Shown in pieces: positions 57,901 through 64,000 of a stretch of DNA of 64,000 bases; position 1 is the stretch's first letter, and each line of letters begins with the position of its first letter. The notes below the pieces were generated by a model that was not told the origin of the DNA, did not search any database, and saw only the letters and a program-made list of their open reading frames with translations. The DNA comes from an uncultured Gammaproteobacteria bacterium (lineage in GTDB: Bacteria > Patescibacteriota > Microgenomatia > Levybacterales > UBA12049), in NCBI GenBank assembly GCA_964571255.1, contig CAZNAA010000001.1, positions 136,134 to 200,133 on the forward strand, in the 5' to 3' direction. The position numbers were made by a program, and so were the translations under genes.

Positions 57901-58855
57901 TCCCATATGAGGAAGGTGCTTTCTTAAAAAGGTGTAGCCGTGTATCTGGAAAAACCTGTTTCCACTCTGAAATGAATTGCGTGATCCATTCCTCATCACT
58001 ATTACAAAATTCTAGTTTTTCTTTTTGTGATAGTGTTCCTTCAGCAGTTAAACTTCCAAGAATGAATGCAAGGCTAGTAGTAAGGGTTTTTGGAAGTTGC
58101 TTGGTTTGTGTTCGAGAATGAGGGTTTTTGGGTATAAATTTCTTCAGGGAGACTTCATTCTCTGGCCAAAGTGTATCTGTAGTACGATCTAATACTACAA
58201 TATCTGTTTTCTTTATATCTTGAAGCAATTTCCACTCAAACTGTGGTTTTCCTGTTTCTTCATGTTTAGTCCATATAAGAACAGGGTGATTATATGATCC
58301 TTCAATATGAAACCCATGATGTGTTGTAATACGGATTGTTGGATGAGTACCGCTATTGAACCATTTCGAAGCTGTATGTATTTCCGCATTTAGTGATAAC
58401 ACTTTGATATTTGTAGATTCATCCTTTGAGTGTGTAAGTTTTTGAATTTGTTCTAATCCATTATTGGTTATAACAAGAGTGTCTCCAGTAATACAGTATC
58501 GCATGGCAGCTGGTGGATCTCCGTCAACTGAGCCAAAGTTTCCTTGACCATGAATAAGAGGATACCGCATGGAAAAGTCTTGAGCCATACGAACAAGGGA
58601 ATCATAAATTGGAACGTCTCCGTGAGGATGGTATTTTCCCATGACTTCTCCAATAATCTTCGCACTTTTTACAAACTTTGCACTGTGGTACAAGTTCATC
58701 TCATGCATAGCAAAAAGAATACGACGATGAACTGGCTTAAGTCCATCTCTGATATCAGGAAGTGCACGTTCCACGATGACAGACATCGCATAGTTAAGAT
58801 ACGACTTCTTCATCTCTTGCGTAATATTTGTTTGTTGTAATCTACCGATATCCAT
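54998..58855 (-). CDS. gyrA: DNA gyrase subunit A precursor containing an intein
   Basis: [27 protein letters not shown]|intein|TEAK, GyrA box QHRGGKG, C-terminal pinwheel repeats. Confidence 0.97.
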   Translation of the reverse strand: MDIGRLQQTNITQEMKKSYLNYAMSVIVERALPDIRDGLKPVHRRILFAMHEMNLYHSAKFVKSAKIIGEVMGKYHPHGDVPIYDSLVRMAQDFSMRYPLIHGQGNFGSVDGDPPAAMRYCITGDTLVITNNGLEQIQKLTHSKDESTNIKVLSLNAEIHTASKWFNSGTHPTIRITTHHGFHIEGSYNHPVLIWTKHEETGKPQFEWKLLQDIKKTDIVVLDRTTDTLWPENEVSLKKFIPKNPHSRTQTKQLPKTLTTSLAFILGSLTAEGTLSQKEKLEFCNSDEEWITQFISEWKQVFPDTRLHLFKKAPSSYGKKTYYRIEIHSLYVIAFLRNIGLLSKKSALRRIPPFILQSPKPVVATFLKAYFEGDGSISSSRKMIELSCVSMSEELIDEIQILLLRFGILATKRFDKYRNIHKLYLRGRKNYILFSETIGFISQRKITALKQVISTMQKDQSLFDFVPFLKDYIYQILDKTLSYDNVRSFVYKHNFDRYGGMIQHHQAIESSILSQLQPDTIELFTTLLKNHYIFDKIESITKGDEKTVYSIKVDSSCHSFVANGFINHNTEAKMAAITAEMLADLDKETVSFNPNFDGSEKEPQYLPARLPNLLLMGSEGIAVGMATKIPPHNLTEVVDAIIHLISKSTLSHTSEMSDGGSMKGSDVTVTNEVSIDDLLVYVQGPDFPTAGTIFDINEIKQAYYTGRGKVLIRGKAEVEEVGQGKSAIIITELPYQVNKALLVAKIADLVKEKKIEGISDLRDESDRRGLRVYVELKRDAVPKKVLNNLYKLTSLQTSFPVNMVALVDGTPQTVNLKLILEEYLKHRYIVIRRRSEFELRQAKARLHILEGLKIAVDHIDEVIKTIRESKDQEEAKKNLMERFKLSEIQSVAILDMQLRRLAALERQKIEDELKLVQETIAYLEDLLGHPEKILSVIKDELLHIKTKYADPRRTKVFKNKVDEFSEEDLIPNEPTVISMTETGYIKRQSLNSFHVQHRGGKGVSGMKMKDEDTISHIRYAETHDNILFFTNKGKAYQTKAYEIAESSRVAKGTAMVNLLNIEAGEQVESFIVYKKTAKGFIFLTTRNGTVKKSALSEFENIRKNGMIAIKLEEKDELVWSHLSSGDNHVLIVTKEGKAIKFNEAEVRPMGRATMGVRGIKTSSTDRVVGMDLIKNDANQSLFVIMENGLGKITTVNQFPLQGRGGLGVKVAKVTDKTGGVVAGQIVPPDAEEVIITSKNGQVVRLSLKTIPHLGRDTQGVILMRFSDTSDKVSAATCLEKTEGAE
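57149..58495 (-). mobile_element. Intein (449 aa) with LAGLIDADG homing endonuclease
   Basis: Begins CITGDT right after Tyr120, block B SYNHP, motifs ILGSLTAEG and LKAYFEGDG, ends [12 protein letters not shown] before Thr. Confidence 0.95.
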
Positions 58856-58920
58856 ATTTCTAAAATCTTCAACGACAATAATACTAACAGTTATTACTAG
58901 TAAAAGTAACTATGTAATAA

Positions 58921-59241
58921 TTATATATTAGCCATTCTTTTTCTTTTTGCTTCTTCAAGATCATTTCCTGCTTGTAAGGTTCTTCGTAATATTGAAAGTC
59001 TCTCACGATCAACTACGTTAAGTGCTAGTCCTAATCCTACTGCTTGAATATCAAGGCTTCTTCTTTCTGCTTCAGCATAACTGCCTTGCCAATTAGCAAT
59101 ATCGTTATGCGTACCTCTTAAAGTTTTATCCCATCCCACAGTAGTTAACGCTTCGTGAACCGCAGGTAAACGCCCTAAGAATTCCTCATCAATATAAGGC
59201 TGTTCTTCATCTCTTCCATCTTCTTTTAATGCTTCTGCCAT
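58921..59241 (-). CDS. Hypothetical protein
   Basis: 106-aa ORF with SD AAGGAGGTG. Confidence 0.65.
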   Translation of the reverse strand: MAEALKEDGRDEEQPYIDEEFLGRLPAVHEALTTVGWDKTLRGTHNDIANWQGSYAEAERRSLDIQAVGLGLALNVVDRERLSILRRTLQAGNDLEEAKRKRMANI

Positions 59242-59262
59242 GTGTCACCTCCTTTCTTTGTT

Positions 59263-59778
59263 TCATTTCATAGATTTTGTCAGTGCATCGATTGCTGCTG
59301 ATTTATTCTTCCATTCTTTCACTTTTACCCATTTTTCTGGCTCAAGTGTCTTATAATTTTCAAAGAAGTGCTTTACTTTGTTTGTAATAGCTTCAGGAAC
59401 ATCTGTGATATCTTGAAATACTCCGTAGAGTGGATCAATCTTTTTAGTAGGAACTGCAAGTACTTTTGTATCAATTCCTGCCTCATCCTCCATCTCAAGC
59501 ATCCCAATGATTTGACACGGCATGACTGTTCCAGGAAGGACTGCTCGATCACTTAATACAAGAATATCAAGTGGATCTCCATCTTCTGCAAGAGTGCCTG
59601 GAACAAATCCATAATTGAAAGGATACGTCATGGCTGTATGCAAAAATCTATCAACCATAATAATACCGGAATCCTTGTCTAGTTCATACTTAATGTCCCC
59701 ATCTTTTAGGATTTCAATAAAAACATTAACAAGTCCCTCTTGTGGGTTTTTTCCTGTTTGTAATTTAGTTATATCCAT
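59263..59778 (-). CDS. ppa: Inorganic pyrophosphatase (family I)
   Basis: KYELDK, YPFNYGF, DGDPLD, DEAGIDTK, HFFENYK. Confidence 0.96.
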   Translation of the reverse strand: MDITKLQTGKNPQEGLVNVFIEILKDGDIKYELDKDSGIIMVDRFLHTAMTYPFNYGFVPGTLAEDGDPLDILVLSDRAVLPGTVMPCQIIGMLEMEDEAGIDTKVLAVPTKKIDPLYGVFQDITDVPEAITNKVKHFFENYKTLEPEKWVKVKEWKNKSAAIDALTKSMK

Positions 59779-59851
59779 TACTCTTCACCTCCATTCTGTA
59801 AGCTAAAGCCTACACGTATTTTATTTAATAGTTTACTATCAGGTTTGATCA

Positions 59852-60361
59852 TCAAAAGACGAAGTTCATCTTTTTTTCTGGGTCTTCTTGATAACAGGGA
59901 GTCCCTTCAATAACAGTATATCCTGGAGGATACTCATCAATATCAGAAACTCCAAAATGTGTTTGATAATCATTGACAGGCGTGTCTTTTACTTGAAACA
60001 TCCCTATTAATCTTTGTGCCATTGCTACTCTGTTTCCTTCAGAAATACCACCTACTCTTACACTTAGACTAAAAAATCCTGCTTCTCTTAAATCTTTCTC
60101 ATTCCCTAGTATAATGGTTCCATCAGTATTTAAACCAGCAACTGGCTCAACTGAGTCTGTACGGTCTAATTCTTCATTTGCTTCTATAATTCGATATAAA
60201 GTTATCTCTACTGGGCCTACTCCAGCTATGTTTCTCCATCCACTATGAATTTCTGAAAAATTCTCATTTTCCGTAATTTCTAAAGGTGTATCTTCATCAA
60301 AAAAAGAAACTTCTCGAGACGGTTCTTGTAATTTATCTTGTACTGGTTCTTGGTCACTCAT
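59852..60361 (-). CDS. Hypothetical acidic protein
   Basis: 169-aa ORF starting 2 nt after the gyrB stop. Confidence 0.6.
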   Translation of the reverse strand: MSDQEPVQDKLQEPSREVSFFDEDTPLEITENENFSEIHSGWRNIAGVGPVEITLYRIIEANEELDRTDSVEPVAGLNTDGTIILGNEKDLREAGFFSLSVRVGGISEGNRVAMAQRLIGMFQVKDTPVNDYQTHFGVSDIDEYPPGYTVIEGTPCYQEDPEKKMNFVF

Positions 60362-60363
60362 AT

Positions 60364-62325
<1,962 letters not shown>

Positions 62326-62375
62326 CTAATTATACACAGGGTGTCAAGTAAGAGCAAGCGACCTAGTTGGAGGAG

Positions 62376-63464
62376 CTAAAACTCTTCAATAATTTGATGA
62401 TAGTAGTGTACGCATGTGTCAATTTTCTCTATAAGACAATATTCATTTGCTTTATGAATAGTCTCTCTTTCTCCTGGCCCTAGAACTACTGCTGGAATAT
62501 TTTTTTCTGTAAAGAAACACATATCATTTGACCAGCTTGAGGCAACGATATTCGCATTTGTTACCTGTTTTGTTATTTCTACAATTTTTTCTTTTCCTTC
62601 TGTATATCCATACGAGACGGGAGTATATGTATATTCAATCTTGGCAGGTGTTACGATTGTCTGGACTTCTTTTTTTACCCGGCTATGAAGAGGAGGTGTT
62701 GTTCTGACGTCAAATGTTGCTTTGCACGTATCAGGAAATTTATTCGGACTAGTACTGTCTCCTGCTGAGATTGACGTGAGTAATCCAATAGTTGGATCTC
62801 CAAGTACAGGATCTGAGTACTTTTCTTTCCAGGTTCTTTCTAGCCTTTTTAACTTATTTACTATTTCGATCATTTCCAAAACAGCATGGGTTTTTATCTT
62901 AGACGGTGCAGATCCATGACCACTTTGTCCTTTAGTTGTAATAGTGAGAAAGATATTCCCTTTATGAGCTATCTCAATTTCGCTAAGTCCAGTTGGTTCA
63001 CCTAGAATTCCAGCAACTTCTTTGTACTGTGTCCTTTCGTATTTTTCAAACCACTCCAAAACTTCTTTTGTTCCTGATCCATCTATTTCTTCACGAGCAA
63101 CAAAGGTTAAGAATACATCACAAGAAGGCTTTCTTATTGATAGAGTTTTGGCTAGATATAAAAGAGTCGCAATGGTTGCTTTCTCATCGCTTGCTCCAAT
63201 CCCATACATTTTGCCATTTTTCACTACTCCTTCAAGAGGAGGTGTTTTCCAACTTGTTCTATCTCCAATTGCAACCGTGTCAACATGAGCGTTAAAAATA
63301 AGCGCTTTATTCTGACTTTCTCCTTTAATCTTCACCAGAAGATTGTCTCCGATAGTAATAGGCGTGAATGAAAGATTTTGTAAGTACTTTTTTATGTACG
63401 CTACAATTTCTTCCTCACTACCGGAGATTGAGTTGATCCCAATTAGGCTACGCAGAATATCCAT
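62376..63464 (-). CDS. M20 family metallopeptidase/deacylase (ArgE/DapE-like)
   Basis: NAHVDTV, GASDEK, EE, GEPT, GHGS, GPG..H..NE. Confidence 0.88.
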   Translation of the reverse strand: MDILRSLIGINSISGSEEEIVAYIKKYLQNLSFTPITIGDNLLVKIKGESQNKALIFNAHVDTVAIGDRTSWKTPPLEGVVKNGKMYGIGASDEKATIATLLYLAKTLSIRKPSCDVFLTFVAREEIDGSGTKEVLEWFEKYERTQYKEVAGILGEPTGLSEIEIAHKGNIFLTITTKGQSGHGSAPSKIKTHAVLEMIEIVNKLKRLERTWKEKYSDPVLGDPTIGLLTSISAGDSTSPNKFPDTCKATFDVRTTPPLHSRVKKEVQTIVTPAKIEYTYTPVSYGYTEGKEKIVEITKQVTNANIVASSWSNDMCFFTEKNIPAVVLGPGERETIHKANEYCLIEKIDTCVHYYHQIIEEF

Positions 63465-63465
63465 A

Positions 63466-63969
63466 TTACTTCTCTATATGAGTCAGATTATATGGTGTAT
63501 CACAGCACTTAAATTCAGTACAAGTTCCCAGTAACTGAGGATTTCTTGGACATTGGGCACAAGGTTCCCATACTTCCTGATCTAGCTCTGCACACTGCAT
63601 TTCTGTTGCACCCAGTTTTTCAAATATAGGAGCACTTGCTTCATTTGCTAAAGCAAAAATAATTTTTCCTGGATATTTCTTTTTTGCTAACGCAATGGTC
63701 TCTTTGATTACCCGTGTTCCTCCCCCTTGTCCTCTCAGTTCTGAGTCTGTATATACTCCTCCAACCTCAACTGATCCATCTGGATATGTGTAGGTAATTG
63801 CTCCGTGACTCATCTCCCTTCCATCGTTATTCATAACGACTACTGAATTTCCAGCCTGAAAGAGTTTTAATATATCCTCAGGTGTCTTAGGAATCATACT
63901 CCCTGCACTGGCTGTCCAGGCGGCAATTTTTCCCGCAAGAGCAGTATCCGCTTCATTAGGATTTCTCAC
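63466..63969 (-). CDS. GNAT N-acetyltransferase, short ArgA-like
   Basis: EVGGVYTDSELRGQGGG acetyl-CoA motif and C-terminal VWEPCAQCP..CCD. Confidence 0.75.
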   Translation of the reverse strand: MRNPNEADTALAGKIAAWTASAGSMIPKTPEDILKLFQAGNSVVVMNNDGREMSHGAITYTYPDGSVEVGGVYTDSELRGQGGGTRVIKETIALAKKKYPGKIIFALANEASAPIFEKLGATEMQCAELDQEVWEPCAQCPRNPQLLGTCTEFKCCDTPYNLTHIEK

Positions 63970-64000
63970 ACTAAACTGAGCGTGTTTTTCATTTCCGTTT

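Overview
This 64-kb window is AT-rich and gene-dense. Its content fits a Patescibacteria/CPR chromosome, probably Microgenomates: many short hypothetical and membrane ORFs, Pro/Thr-repeat surface proteins and mostly leaderless promoters. That placement is inference from gene content, not a database result. Genetic code 11 is used (TGA acts as stop). Core genes are ychF, rpsF-ssb-rpsR, an S41 protease, HtrA, prfA, rpmE, hisS, dnaB, efp, a YebC-family gene, a Xer recombinase, folD, ppa, gyrB, and gyrA with a LAGLIDADG intein. There are two tRNA genes. No CRISPR array, rRNA, IS or prophage was seen. The most notable unannotated signals are: (1) a complete His-type T-box leader with an ultrashort Stem I (30532-30760, minus), upstream of an unknown TyrRS/CDPS-like ORF and hisS; (2) a GC-rich single-gene unit beside tRNA-Leu whose UTRs are almost all hairpins and whose ORF is bracketed by a 9-bp inverted repeat (about 35170-35895); (3) a tRNA-Ser with the rare anticodon ACT; (4) a near-palindromic dif-like site plus DnaA-box-like motifs in a 1.4-kb non-coding gap near the Xer gene. 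All protein family calls come from motif recognition by eye.
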